In this document: piece by piece, positions 18,258-28,295 of the stretch
Layout: every line of letters begins with the position of its first letter
How positions within the stretch are numbered: the first letter of the stretch is position 1
Source: an uncultured Gemmatimonadales bacterium
GTDB taxonomy: Bacteria; Gemmatimonadota; Gemmatimonadetes; Gemmatimonadales; GWC2-71-9
Length of the DNA: 64,000 nt
Direction of reading: 5' to 3'
Assembly (NCBI GenBank): GCA_963795085.1
Contig: CAWCFX010000006.1
Location: 544,001-608,000 of the forward strand
Position numbers and translations under genes: made by a program
The notes under the pieces: model-generated
What the model saw: only the letters and a program-made list of their open reading frames with translations
Told to the model about the DNA's origin: nothing
Database searches by the model: none

Positions 18258-19162
18258 GGTTTCCCGGTGACGTAGCCGATCATCTCGCCCAGGCTCCAGG
18301 TGGCCAGCAGCAGGAATACCGCCGGGCTGGCGGCCAGGAATTGGCGGGCGGTGCGCTTTTTCCGGGCCTGGTGCGCGGCCAGCCGGTAGAACAGCACCAG
18401 CGGCAGAAGCGGCGCCGTCGCCGCAAGCAGCAGGCGCCTGCCGATCCCGATCTCCCGCGCGCGGGTGTACGCGAACAGCCGGCCCCAGCCGATGCGCTCT
18501 CCCACCAGCCGGCCCACGGTCAGGTCGTCCCGCATCTGGTCCACGGCGAACTGGTCCGAGAGATAGAGAACCTCGCCGGCCCGGGCCAGCGCCCAGTGCA
18601 CGGTGGTCTCATGATAGCGCTCCTTCCAGAGGTCCCGGGTCTGCTCCAGCGCCCCGCGCTTGTAGCCGATGTTGACGTCGGTGACATACTCCCGGGGACC
18701 CGCGGCGTAGGGAAGCTGGTAGCGGCCGAAATCGCAGAAGTACACCGCCCAGTTGAGAAGCCGGTCGCGGCCGTTCTCGACCGCTCCGCCAATCACCGCA
18801 TGAGGCAGCCGCTCGTGGGCCTCCACCAGTGCTTTGGCCCACGCGGGCCGGGGCACCCCGCGGTCCTCCACGATGGCGACGACCTGGCCCCGCGCCCGGG
18901 CCAGCCCGGCGGAACGCCGGCGGTCGAACAGTTCATGCTGGCCCGCGGGACCCTGCCGGGATCGCCGGGTATCCACCTGGCCGATCGGCAGGAAGTGAAA
19001 GGTGGGAAACTTTGCGACGATGGGCCCCATGCCCAGGACGCTCTCGTCGTACGGCACGATGACTTCGAGGCTGGGGCCGCCCTCCTGCCGGGCCAGGGCA
19101 GCCAGGCAGCGCTCGAGCGTATCTCCGCCATCGACCACGGTGACGACCACTGAAAGAAGCAT
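18254..19162 (-). CDS. Glycosyltransferase family 2-like
   Basis: LSVVVTVV..LERCLAAL, RSAGLARARGQVVAIVED, C-terminal TM helices; paralog of 58709-59605. Confidence 0.7.
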   Translation of the reverse strand: MLLSVVVTVVDGGDTLERCLAALARQEGGPSLEVIVPYDESVLGMGPIVAKFPTFHFLPIGQVDTRRSRQGPAGQHELFDRRRSAGLARARGQVVAIVEDRGVPRPAWAKALVEAHERLPHAVIGGAVENGRDRLLNWAVYFCDFGRYQLPYAAGPREYVTDVNIGYKRGALEQTRDLWKERYHETTVHWALARAGEVLYLSDQFAVDQMRDDLTVGRLVGERIGWGRLFAYTRAREIGIGRRLLLAATAPLLPLVLFYRLAAHQARKKRTARQFLAASPAVFLLLATWSLGEMIGYVTGKP

Positions 19163-19186
19163 CAGGAAATCTTCGTGACGGGGAAA

Positions 19187-19247
19187 TCAAGGATCAAGGA
19201 GCCGTCCACTCTGCACTCTGCACGTTGAACTCTACCCTCTGCCCTCA
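19187..19247. repeat. Heptamer tandem repeats in intergenic spacer
   Basis: tcaagga x2, then cactctg cactctg cacgttg aactcta ccctctg. Confidence 0.6.
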
Positions 19248-20846
19248 CACCATCCCCGCCACCCGAACCGCGTTCGCCATCAGCGTGTAGGTCAGGTTCT
19301 TGGCCGGCAGAAACGGAAAGGTCGCGCCGTCGGCCAGGATCAGGTTCTCGAAGTCATGGCTCCGGCAGGCCGGCGAGGCGGTGAGCGGTTTCGCCGAGCG
19401 GGACATGGGGATGGTGCCCGCGTAATGAATGCTGGAGCCCAGGGGGAGAACCTTGGTCATGCCCGGCGGCACGACTGCCCCCAGCCGCCAGAGCGCCCGC
19501 TTCACCGTCTTGAGCGCGCGGCCGACCCGCTCGGCATCGTCCGGCGCCGCCGAGTAGCGGATAACCATCTTCGAGCGGCCTCCCGGTTCCGGCCGGATGG
19601 AGAGCGTGTTGGCTTCGCGCCGCCGGTCGTGCAGCCACACGTTGGCGACGCCGAGGGCGGCATGGGTGGAGCGAAAGATGCCGAGGGCGGCACGCATGTC
19701 CACCGGCATGCTGTGCACGATCGGGTGAATGGACGCGGCCTTCAGGGCGGTCATCTGGCCGTGGACGTACTCGTCGGGCCGTTCGCCTTCGATCCCCAGC
19801 GCCAGCTGGTGGAACTGGTAACTGTGGGTGGAGACCGGCCGCCCCAGCATGCGCAGGGTAAGAAACGGGATCATCAACTGCCGGTTGTCCATCAGCCCCG
19901 TCAGCTCGGCCACCTGGCCGGTGGCCTGGTACAGGGAATCGAGCAGGATGCGGGACGAGCAGAGGGTGCCCGCTGCCAGGACGTAGTGATCGGCGGCGAG
20001 CGGGACCGGGTCGCCCCCGTCCACCGGCCGCGCCACTACTCCGGACACCTTCCCCGCGGTACTGGTGAAATGCTCGACCCACAGTCCGGGGAGGTAGCGG
20101 AACCGGGGATGGCCCCGCAACTGGCGCAGGGTCATCCCGGGCGCGTAGAGCGATTCCCTCGGGCAGCCCCAGAGACAGCGGCCGAGATAGTCACACGCCT
20201 TGCGGCCGTGGAGGTCGCGGCTCAGCACCGCGACCCGGGAGCGTCCGAGGTGAAACCGGAGGCCCTGCTGCAGGCGGCGTCGCTTTCGCCCGTAGCGGTC
20301 CAGCAGGAGTCGGGTGTGCTCGTCGGGGTCCAGCGCCGGCTGGTACTCGGGCGACATCGGCGTGAAGCGGGCCAGGTCATCGTCGGCCGCGCTGATCCCG
20401 ATCCGGCGGTCCACCTCCCGGTAGTGCGGCTCCAGGTCCGCGTAGCTCAGGGGGAAGTCCGCCAGCTCGGCATCGTTCAGGGCATAGACGCCGCCGGTCC
20501 ACGCCTCGGCGAGCCCGCCGGCGGCAAAAGAGGTCACCGGCTCGAAGCCGGTGGTATCGGAGGCGAAGGGGGCGGGGCTTCGGAACACGTAGGACTTACT
20601 GGGGGGAAAGCCATAGAACTTGGCCACCGGGCTGGGATACACCACCGCCTCGCCGCGGGTGCCAAGGAAGTATCCGGCGGGATCGTCGAGCGAGTCTTTC
20701 AGCGCGTCGAAATCGGCGTCGGGCGCGATGGGATCGGGGCGGGGGTGCCCCACGTCCACCATCGTCACCTCGTGGCCCCGCTCCAGCGCGGTCGCCGCGA
20801 AGTGTACGCCCGTGGCCCCGGAACCGACGATCAGCACGCTGCTCAC
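19245..20846 (-). CDS. GMC-family FAD oxidoreductase
   Basis: IVGSGATG, GGLAEAWTGG, C..LGRCLWGCP, VLAAGTL, HYAGT.PM, NLTYTLMANA. Confidence 0.85.
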   Translation of the reverse strand: MSSVLIVGSGATGVHFAATALERGHEVTMVDVGHPRPDPIAPDADFDALKDSLDDPAGYFLGTRGEAVVYPSPVAKFYGFPPSKSYVFRSPAPFASDTTGFEPVTSFAAGGLAEAWTGGVYALNDAELADFPLSYADLEPHYREVDRRIGISAADDDLARFTPMSPEYQPALDPDEHTRLLLDRYGRKRRRLQQGLRFHLGRSRVAVLSRDLHGRKACDYLGRCLWGCPRESLYAPGMTLRQLRGHPRFRYLPGLWVEHFTSTAGKVSGVVARPVDGGDPVPLAADHYVLAAGTLCSSRILLDSLYQATGQVAELTGLMDNRQLMIPFLTLRMLGRPVSTHSYQFHQLALGIEGERPDEYVHGQMTALKAASIHPIVHSMPVDMRAALGIFRSTHAALGVANVWLHDRRREANTLSIRPEPGGRSKMVIRYSAAPDDAERVGRALKTVKRALWRLGAVVPPGMTKVLPLGSSIHYAGTIPMSRSAKPLTASPACRSHDFENLILADGATFPFLPAKNLTYTLMANAVRVAGMV

Positions 20847-21298
20847 GGCACCGCCTGGCCGGGCGCCCGGCGGCCGCGGAGAAACGGATGCATCGGTCCG
20901 AACAGCAGCATCCCGGCGACCAGCGCGGCCCCGAACGCGAGAATTCCTCCGGCAATGGCCAGCAGGGCTTCCGCCAGCCCGCGTCCGCCCCGGGTCAGGG
21001 AGCGATGGGTGCCGGGCGCATTCTCGAGCACGGCGAGCAGGAGGGTCAGCTTCTGGCGCAGCACGCCGTGAGGCCGGAAGAAGCGCGCGTAGGCATCCGC
21101 CATCCGGGCCCGGCGGGGGCCCTTCGAAGCGACCAGGGTGAGCATGATATCCAGGGCATCGTATCCCGACCGGCGGTAGGGAATGGCGTGATGCCCTTCC
21201 CGGTAGCGGCTTCGCACGTACTCGCTCGGATCGTGGCCGGTGAGATAGCGGGAGAAGACCCGGGACTCGATGTCGAGGCGGTCAGCGGGCGTGGACAA
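20843..21298 (-). CDS. Hypothetical membrane-anchored protein
   Basis: Fills the gap between GMC oxidoreductase and epimerase with overlapping start/stop; C-terminal TM helix. Confidence 0.6.
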   Translation of the reverse strand: MSTPADRLDIESRVFSRYLTGHDPSEYVRSRYREGHHAIPYRRSGYDALDIMLTLVASKGPRRARMADAYARFFRPHGVLRQKLTLLLAVLENAPGTHRSLTRGGRGLAEALLAIAGGILAFGAALVAGMLLFGPMHPFLRGRRAPGQAVP

Positions 21299-22205
21299 GC
21301 GACTTCAACAGGGTATCGAGAGGCGGCATACCAGGCCGCAACGCGAGCGCGAGGTCATTGGGCGAGGCCACGCCGTCCTGGGTGAACGGTACCAGCTGCC
21401 CCGGGCCCACCGGGAATCGGGATCCCAGTAGCCGGCCCGCGGCCACGAGCGAGAGGCGGAGGGGTGCCATCGGGACCTTCACCAGCGGAGTCTGGCTCTT
21501 TCCGTGGGCCGCCCGGATCCGCCGGATCAACTGTTCGAAGCTGAGCTCTTCGGGGCCGCCCAACTCGAGGATCTCGCCGGAGAACCGGCTCCGCTCCACC
21601 AGCATGGCCATGCCGCGGACGACGTCCTGCACGTCCACCGGCTGGACGCGGGCGCGGCCGTTCCCCAGCACGACCGGCAGGGGAAGCGTGGCCATCGCCC
21701 GGAGCCGCTGCCAGACCGGACTGCCGGGACCCAGGACGATCGTGGGGCGCAGGATGGTGTAATCCATCCGGCCGGCCCGCACGAGTTCCTCCGCCTGCCG
21801 CTTGGAACGGCCGTAGGGATATCCGGAAAGATCGGGATACCCGGCCGCAATGGAGCTGATGTACAGGATGCGATTGACTCCCTGCCGTTCGCACTCCCCG
21901 AGCAGGCGGCCGGTCGCGTCAACGTTGATGCGGGTGAGATCGGCGGGTGAAGCATTTCCGGTGGCGGCGGCCAGATGGACCACGATGTCGGCCTGGGCCA
22001 GCAAATCGGCGTAGGAGGCCGGGGAAGCCAGGTCGCCTTCTCGGTGGCTCCAGCCGGGAAGTCCGGCCGGCCCGGCGGGCGGAGTGCGGCTGAGACAGGT
22101 GACCCGCTCGAAGCCGCGGGCCCGCAACTCGGCCAGGAAGCGCCGGCCGATGAACCCGCTTCCGCCGGTCACGAAGATGGAGGCGGAGAGGGCGGAGGGT
22201 GCCAT
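21282..22205 (-). CDS. NAD-dependent epimerase/dehydratase (extended SDR)
   Basis: IFVTGGSGFIG, HLAA, YISS, YGRSK (YxxxK), ILRP; start placed at ATG 22205. Confidence 0.85.
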   Translation of the reverse strand: MAPSALSASIFVTGGSGFIGRRFLAELRARGFERVTCLSRTPPAGPAGLPGWSHREGDLASPASYADLLAQADIVVHLAAATGNASPADLTRINVDATGRLLGECERQGVNRILYISSIAAGYPDLSGYPYGRSKRQAEELVRAGRMDYTILRPTIVLGPGSPVWQRLRAMATLPLPVVLGNGRARVQPVDVQDVVRGMAMLVERSRFSGEILELGGPEELSFEQLIRRIRAAHGKSQTPLVKVPMAPLRLSLVAAGRLLGSRFPVGPGQLVPFTQDGVASPNDLALALRPGMPPLDTLLKSLVHAR

Positions 22206-22240
22206 CGCGCCGGGCGCCGGGTCGAGCGCGGGGGGGGCGG

Positions 22241-23047
22241 TTACGACGCGGCCCGGTTCACCGGCGCGCGCTGCGCCGCCGGTGTCACCATGTCGCGCCA
22301 GAGCTTCCACCGGAGCCGGAACACGCCCTTGATGTCCTCCCAGGCCGTTTTGACGATCCTGACCCGGCTGTCCGCGTCGTCGATCCATGTCACTGGGATG
22401 TCCTTGATGCGGTATCCCTGCTTCTCGGCGAGCACCAGCAACTCGGTATCGAAGAACCAGGATTGATCCTTGATCTGGGGCACCAGTTCCAGGACGGCGC
22501 GATGACTCACCGCCTTGAAGCCGCACTGGGCGTCGCTGAACGAGGTGAAGAGGACGATCTTGATGAGGTAATTATAACTCCGGGAAATGAACTCGCGCTT
22601 GAGGCCGCGGGTCGTCCGGGATTCCCGCATGAGGCGGGAACCAGTAGAGATATCGTAGCCGTCGTGGAGGATGGCGTGGACCATCTTGGGCAGGGCGGCC
22701 AGCTCGGTCGAGAGGTCCACGTCGGTATAACACATGACGTCGGCTTCGCTCTGGGTCCAGGCGTGCCGCAGCGCGCGCCCCCGGCCCCGCTGGGGCAACT
22801 GTACGAAACGCACATCGCTGAATCGTTCGACCAGTTCCCGGGCGACCCGGTCGGTGCCGTCGGTGGAGCCGTTGTCCACCACCACTACCCGCCAGCGCCA
22901 CTGGGGATGCCCGGCGAGAAACCCCCGGACCGCGGTCACGCTCTTTTCCAGAACGTGGGCCTCGTTGAGCACCGGGATGACCAGGTCCACCAACGGCATC
23001 GCCGCGGGCTTCCTGGGCGCCGTTTCCGACGAATTGATCGTGGCCAA
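22241..23047 (-). CDS. GT2 polyprenyl-phosphate glycosyltransferase (DPM/DPG-synthase-like)
   Basis: VIPVLNE, VDNGSTDGT, GRGRAL, YTDVDLS, GSR, FSDAQCGFKA, WFFDTELL; TTG start after GGGGAGAG. Confidence 0.9.
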   Translation of the reverse strand: MATINSSETAPRKPAAMPLVDLVIPVLNEAHVLEKSVTAVRGFLAGHPQWRWRVVVVDNGSTDGTDRVARELVERFSDVRFVQLPQRGRGRALRHAWTQSEADVMCYTDVDLSTELAALPKMVHAILHDGYDISTGSRLMRESRTTRGLKREFISRSYNYLIKIVLFTSFSDAQCGFKAVSHRAVLELVPQIKDQSWFFDTELLVLAEKQGYRIKDIPVTWIDDADSRVRIVKTAWEDIKGVFRLRWKLWRDMVTPAAQRAPVNRAAS

Positions 23048-23218
23048 TCTCTCCCCCGGGTGATGGTAGGCTGCCCCCCGACCGATGCAGGGACGCAACA
23101 GTTCGGCCTCCTGCGGGACGCCGGGGATGACCCCGACGCGGCACAAACTGCTAAGTTGTTGTATAACGATTAGTTAGATGGCTCTTTCCGAGCATAAGTT
23201 GGCAAGTTTGATACCAAC

Positions 23219-24751
23219 CTACCCTCTCGGAAGATCGGTCATAGCGCCTTTTTCCAGCGGCTTCCATGGCTCCCGGACCCGCCAGACCAGGGCCACCACC
23301 GCGCCGGTCACCAGCATGATAAACATGGGAGAGACGGCGCCGAGCCAGGGCGCATACTGGGACGCCGTTTTCCCCAGCACGGTGAGCCACGGCAACTGGG
23401 GTCCTTCCAGCACCACCCGCTGGACATTTTCCGCCACGGTTCCCTGGCTCCGCACCATGGCCAGCGACCAGTTGACGATAACGGTGACCAGCACGATTCC
23501 CCAGGCGAGAATCCGGGGGAGCCGGACCAGCACCGCGATCGAGGCCAGGAACACGAAGGGAAAGATGGCGGCGAGGTACCGGATGCCGGTGACCCACTGG
23601 AGCCGGGTGTACTGGACGGTACTGAAAAAGAGCACGAACATCAGCGTCATGCCGAGGCAGAGCCAGGCTTCCCGGGCCGGCAGGAAACTTTTCCCCCGTC
23701 GAACGACAAAGGGCGCGGCAAGAGCCAGCAGGAAGAGGGGCGTCGTGACGAAGAGGCCGAAGCGGGTGTCGAAGAGCAGCATCTGGAACAGGTCCGCCCC
23801 GAATCCTCCCACGCCCTGGTAGCCGATGTCCACCCACTCGACTGGCGGCATCCAGTGCTGGGGGGGGCGCCAGAACGATCCGAAACTGGCCCACTGATAC
23901 CACCAGAGCGCGAGCACCCCGGGGAGCACGCCGAGGCAGTACCAGAGCGTATCCTGCAGGGCCTGTCCCCAGCCTGGCACATCGTCCCGCCGGCGGACCA
24001 GTGCGTAGAGCCCGAGCAGGGCGGCCACCAGGGCGCCGCTGTAATCGTACAGGAAGCAGAGCCCGGCCATGACCCCCGCCAGGACATAGCGGGCCCGGAA
24101 CCGGGTCCGGCTCAGCCGGGCCGGATCCCACAGCAGTACGAAAGAGAAGAACGCGAAGATGCCCAGGCCCAGGTTCTGGTTCAGGTACCCGGTGCGGAAG
24201 AAGACGGGCGTCCCGAAGGCGTAGAGCAGCGCCAGTCCCAGCGCCGCGCGCTGGGTCAGTCCGAGGGAGAGCAGCAGGCTCAGCATCACCACGGCGCTCA
24301 CGGCGCTCATCGGGGCCTGGAACAGCGATTGGGTGATGGCCCCCACCAGCCCGAACTTGATGTCGAGTCCCCGCTCCCGGACTTTCTTGTAAAACTCCAC
24401 CCGGCGCCAGCGAGGATCGTCATACCTGACGGCGGTATCCGGCTTCTGTTGCCGGCCGGCCAGCACGCGCTGATTGACCCGGTCGACCGCCGGCCGCAGC
24501 AGCGTGTAGGGAATCGCCGCCAGCATGGACACGCCCGGGTTGGCCCCGTGGTGGGCGCCCCGGACCGGGGCGCTGTCCGGATTCCAGAACAGGTCCACGT
24601 GCAGGTCGGCGTATGGATCCAGCCGGAAGGTGGCGTCCTCCGCGATGCTCACGACCAGGTAGTGCTCCCGGACGAAATCGGTCGCGAAGTGGATCACGTA
24701 GATGATCCAGCAGGTGAAGAAGAGGCGCCACTTGAGAGAAACCGGGGTCAT
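23219..24751 (-). CDS. Polytopic membrane protein, probable GT-C glycosyltransferase
   Basis: About 10 TM helices, acidic first loop, PGVSMLA, AFGTPVF, FGLF..TP, RYL in last loop. Confidence 0.55.
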   Translation of the reverse strand: MTPVSLKWRLFFTCWIIYVIHFATDFVREHYLVVSIAEDATFRLDPYADLHVDLFWNPDSAPVRGAHHGANPGVSMLAAIPYTLLRPAVDRVNQRVLAGRQQKPDTAVRYDDPRWRRVEFYKKVRERGLDIKFGLVGAITQSLFQAPMSAVSAVVMLSLLLSLGLTQRAALGLALLYAFGTPVFFRTGYLNQNLGLGIFAFFSFVLLWDPARLSRTRFRARYVLAGVMAGLCFLYDYSGALVAALLGLYALVRRRDDVPGWGQALQDTLWYCLGVLPGVLALWWYQWASFGSFWRPPQHWMPPVEWVDIGYQGVGGFGADLFQMLLFDTRFGLFVTTPLFLLALAAPFVVRRGKSFLPAREAWLCLGMTLMFVLFFSTVQYTRLQWVTGIRYLAAIFPFVFLASIAVLVRLPRILAWGIVLVTVIVNWSLAMVRSQGTVAENVQRVVLEGPQLPWLTVLGKTASQYAPWLGAVSPMFIMLVTGAVVALVWRVREPWKPLEKGAMTDLPRG

Positions 24752-24838
24752 GGACAATCCGGGCGATTGGATGATCAACGATTGGCCATTCACCAGTGGG
24801 ATGTACCGGTCCATGGCGGATGGCCGATGCCGAATGGA

Positions 24839-25882
24839 TCAGATCTGGCTGAGCTTCACCGGCTCCCCGCGGGCCGCGCTCTGGTACACCGCGTGGGCGA
24901 TCTCCACCGCCCGGAACCCCGCCACGCCATCCGCGAGGGCGGTGCGCTCTCCCCGGGTCATCCGCAGGAAATCCGCCAGCTCCTCTTCGAACGAGAGCAG
25001 CGCGGTGGAGGTCCAGCTCTTGAGCTTCTCCCGGACCATGATCTCGGGATACAGCTTCCGCACCTTGCGGCGGGGGCCGCCCGGCTTGTCCTGGGTGATC
25101 AGCAGGTTCTGCATCGGGGCGTAGTACCCGCGTACCATCCCCTTCTCGCCGTACACTTCGACGAAGAACCGGTAGCCTTTCCATTCGGTCCAGGTGGCGT
25201 GATACACTGCCGGGATGCCGGTGGGACTCTTGAAGATGGCGAGGGCATTGTCTTCCGAGCCCGGCACCTGCCACACCCGGTTGCTCGCGATGCCGTACAC
25301 CGACTCGACCTCGCCCAGGATGTAGCGGCCCAGGTCGGTCATATGGATGCCCACGTCCATCATGGCCCCGCCGCCGGACACCGGGGACTTGTACTGCCAG
25401 TCGGCCCGGAAGTTGTGGAGGCCATCGTGGCCGCCGAAGATGCGCACGTGGTCCACCGCCCCGATCCGCCCCTCGTCCACCGCCTGCTTGAGGAACTTCA
25501 TGGATGGGTAGTAACGGTGGTTAAAGCCGGTCGCCAGCGTCTTGCCTGCCTTGCGGGAGGCCTCCACCATGCGGCGGCAGGCCTCGACCGTATTGGCCAG
25601 CGGCTTCTCGCAGAGCACATGCAGCCCTGCGTCCAGCGCGGCAACCACCGCCTCCTCGTGGAACTGGATCGGCGAGGACACCATGACCGCCTCGAGTCCG
25701 GGCAGGTCGAACAGGCCGCGCCAGTCGGACAGGGCGCGCCCTCCGCTCCCCTGCACCGCCCGTTCCGCGCTGGCCACCGCCGGATCCGCCACGCCGAGCA
25801 GCTCGGTGCCGGGATTGGTCTTGATGGTCTGGGCCCTGAGCTGGCCGATGGTGCCCGCCCCGATCACGCCGAATTTCATCAC
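24839..25882 (-). CDS. Gfo/Idh/MocA family oxidoreductase
   Basis: GVIGAGTIG, HVLCEKP, GFNHRY, GGGAMMDVGIH. Confidence 0.92.
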   Translation of the reverse strand: MMKFGVIGAGTIGQLRAQTIKTNPGTELLGVADPAVASAERAVQGSGGRALSDWRGLFDLPGLEAVMVSSPIQFHEEAVVAALDAGLHVLCEKPLANTVEACRRMVEASRKAGKTLATGFNHRYYPSMKFLKQAVDEGRIGAVDHVRIFGGHDGLHNFRADWQYKSPVSGGGAMMDVGIHMTDLGRYILGEVESVYGIASNRVWQVPGSEDNALAIFKSPTGIPAVYHATWTEWKGYRFFVEVYGEKGMVRGYYAPMQNLLITQDKPGGPRRKVRKLYPEIMVREKLKSWTSTALLSFEEELADFLRMTRGERTALADGVAGFRAVEIAHAVYQSAARGEPVKLSQI

Positions 25883-25903
25883 GTCTCCTTATCCGAGTGA
25901 CAC

Positions 25904-27328
25904 CTAGTCTTCGACCACGTGGGTCGCGAAAATTTTCCGGTAATTCTCCCATTTGGCCTGATCGAACCTCCCGTTCTCCAGGCAGTCCACCGCGCTGTAG
26001 GCCATGAACAGCGCATGATGGGTGTTGTCATGCGCGAAGAGCCCCTGCCGCCCATAGCTCAGCAGCCGGGGCAGTCCTTCCACCCAGGCATCCAGCGTAT
26101 TGAACGGGACTTCGTAGCCCTGGGTATAAATGGGGTAGGCCTGGCGAAGCCGGCGGGTGTGGACCCGGACCGGAGGGCGCGACAGCGGGATACCGGCGCG
26201 CGCCAGGTCCTCGGCCACCACCCGGCCCAGCCCTTCGTCGTCCAGGCTCCACCAGGGATCGTCGGGGGAGCAGGGCAGTTCCGCGCACAGCGTGGTGCGG
26301 CCCCGGGGTTCCGCCAGGGCCGCGTAGTTCTTGGGCTCCGACAGCCGGGTAATCCGGATGTTCGCGGCCGGGAAGTAATGCGCGTCGTACTCGGTGAACT
26401 GGTCCACGTCCAGCTCAAGGTAGACCAGCAGCATGGAGCGATACTCGATGGCCCCGCTGGCCGCCTTGACGTCCGCCGGCACTCCGTTCGCCATGGCCCG
26501 GGCCAGCACCGTGATGGGAATGGTGGACCAGACGTAGTCGGCCTCCAGCACCCGGCTCGACCCGTCTTTCTCCACGTGCACCTTCCAGGCGTCGTCGGTT
26601 CCCGGCGGCGGCTCCAGCCGGACCACTTTCCACCCCATCATGAACTCGGCCCCCGCCCCCTCGGCGGCCCCGGCGAACGCTTCACTGATCTGCCCGAATC
26701 CCTTCCGGGGGTAGAAGAATCGCCCCTGCCCCGGCGGCTTGAGGCCCGGGACGGCGGAGAGCACCTTCTTGATCAGCTTGCCGAAGGAGCCGGCGGACAC
26801 CCGGCGGCGGGCCTGGATGCCCGACAGCGTCTCCGGATCGCGGCCCCAGATCTTCCAGGCGTAGGGGAAATAGAACTCGCGGCAGATGGTGGGGCCGAGG
26901 TTGGCCATCAGCACCGACGCGAAGCTGTGCCCCTCGTCAGGGGCCTTACCCGCGGCCTTCGCCGCCATGTCTTTCAGGGTGCCGGCGGCGAATCCCTTGT
27001 CCAGCCGGAGCAGCAGGTCCACCGGCTTGAGCGGAAAGTGAATCAGCTTGCCGCGCAGGTGAATGCGGCCGTGTCGGGGCCGGTCCAGCAGGTCGTCGCC
27101 CAGCAGGTTTCTGATTTCGGCCATGAGGTGCGGTTCGGTCGCGGGGTGCAGCCGGTGGCTGCCGTAGTCCAGCCGTTGGCCCCCGGCCTCGAAACTCCCG
27201 GCGTTGCCTCCCACGACCTGGTTCTGCTCGATCACGGTAACCCGGGCCTTATGCTGGCGCCGCAGCTGGTAGGCGGCGCCGACGCCGGCGGGTCCGGCTC
27301 CGAGGATGACGATACGGGGTTCAGACAT
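25904..27328 (-). CDS. FAD-dependent oxidoreductase (protoporphyrinogen-oxidase/UDP-galactopyranose-mutase-like)
   Basis: ILGAGPAG, VGG..GS, DYGSHR, FFYPRKGFGQ, AYP.Y, GRQGLF.HDN.HH. Confidence 0.85.
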   Translation of the reverse strand: MSEPRIVILGAGPAGVGAAYQLRRQHKARVTVIEQNQVVGGNAGSFEAGGQRLDYGSHRLHPATEPHLMAEIRNLLGDDLLDRPRHGRIHLRGKLIHFPLKPVDLLLRLDKGFAAGTLKDMAAKAAGKAPDEGHSFASVLMANLGPTICREFYFPYAWKIWGRDPETLSGIQARRRVSAGSFGKLIKKVLSAVPGLKPPGQGRFFYPRKGFGQISEAFAGAAEGAGAEFMMGWKVVRLEPPPGTDDAWKVHVEKDGSSRVLEADYVWSTIPITVLARAMANGVPADVKAASGAIEYRSMLLVYLELDVDQFTEYDAHYFPAANIRITRLSEPKNYAALAEPRGRTTLCAELPCSPDDPWWSLDDEGLGRVVAEDLARAGIPLSRPPVRVHTRRLRQAYPIYTQGYEVPFNTLDAWVEGLPRLLSYGRQGLFAHDNTHHALFMAYSAVDCLENGRFDQAKWENYRKIFATHVVED

Positions 27329-28295
27329 GGGCAGTCGAGGTGCGGGCGGTTTTGGCGATGTCCAGGGCATCCCGGATCCGGAGACCCCGGCGCCGGCTCA
27401 GGGCCAGCCAGAGCAGGCCGCCGAGCAGGCCCCCGGCGATCAGGACGCTTTGCCAGAGCAGGGACGTGAGCACTCCGAGGGCCAGCGGCACCCCGAACGG
27501 CGCGAGGAGGGCGGCGAGACTGGCCTCCCGCACGGCGAGGCCGCCCAGACTGATCGGCATCAGGCCGGCGACCTTGGCCAGCGGCCAGGCGAGGAACCAG
27601 ACGGCGAGGGGGACCCGGACGCCGATGTGATGACCCAGCCAGGCATTCAGGAGCACGAATCCGCCCTGGATGGTGAGCGAAAGCGCGAGCCCGCCGATCG
27701 CGGTCCGGGGGCGGCGCGCCAGCCGCCGCAATGCGACCAGGCTGCGGCCCACCGGCCGGCGGATTCTGCGGGGCCAGCGGGCCAGTGGGCGGCGGAGGAC
27801 GAAGGGCAACAGGATGACGCCCAGCACCATGGTGAGCACCAGCGCGACCGTGAGCAGCTGGGCTCCCCACCCCGGCAGCGCATCCCGGGCAAAGAATCCG
27901 CCCACTGCCACCAGGATGGCCAGCGCGGTCACGTCGGTCAGCCGGTCCAGGACGCCCCCCCAGAGCGCGGCCTCCGGCCGCCGGGTGAACTTCCCCGCCA
28001 TGGCCATCCGGAGGAAGTCGCCGCCGATGATGCTGGGCAGGCAGAGATTGGCGAAGAGGCCGGCGGCGTAACACTGGGCCGCGTCGATTGCGCGAAGCCC
28101 GCCCCGGCCGGCATTCACGAAGAGCCGCCACTTGAAGATGCCCAGGACGTGTCCCAGCACGAACCCGCCCCAGACGCCGAGCCACACGGTGGAGGGAAGC
28201 TGGGTCAGCGCCTCCCACACCTTACCCCACGGCAGGAGAACGAAGATCAGGCCGAGCAGGACGCCACTGACGGCGACCTTGATCCAGAGCTTCAC
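27321..28295 (-). CDS. Lysylphosphatidylglycerol-synthase TM / flippase-like membrane protein
   Basis: KWR, FANLCLPSIIGGD..R, DRLTD, PISLGGLAVRE. Confidence 0.85.
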   Translation of the reverse strand: MKLWIKVAVSGVLLGLIFVLLPWGKVWEALTQLPSTVWLGVWGGFVLGHVLGIFKWRLFVNAGRGGLRAIDAAQCYAAGLFANLCLPSIIGGDFLRMAMAGKFTRRPEAALWGGVLDRLTDVTALAILVAVGGFFARDALPGWGAQLLTVALVLTMVLGVILLPFVLRRPLARWPRRIRRPVGRSLVALRRLARRPRTAIGGLALSLTIQGGFVLLNAWLGHHIGVRVPLAVWFLAWPLAKVAGLMPISLGGLAVREASLAALLAPFGVPLALGVLTSLLWQSVLIAGGLLGGLLWLALSRRRGLRIRDALDIAKTARTSTAHV

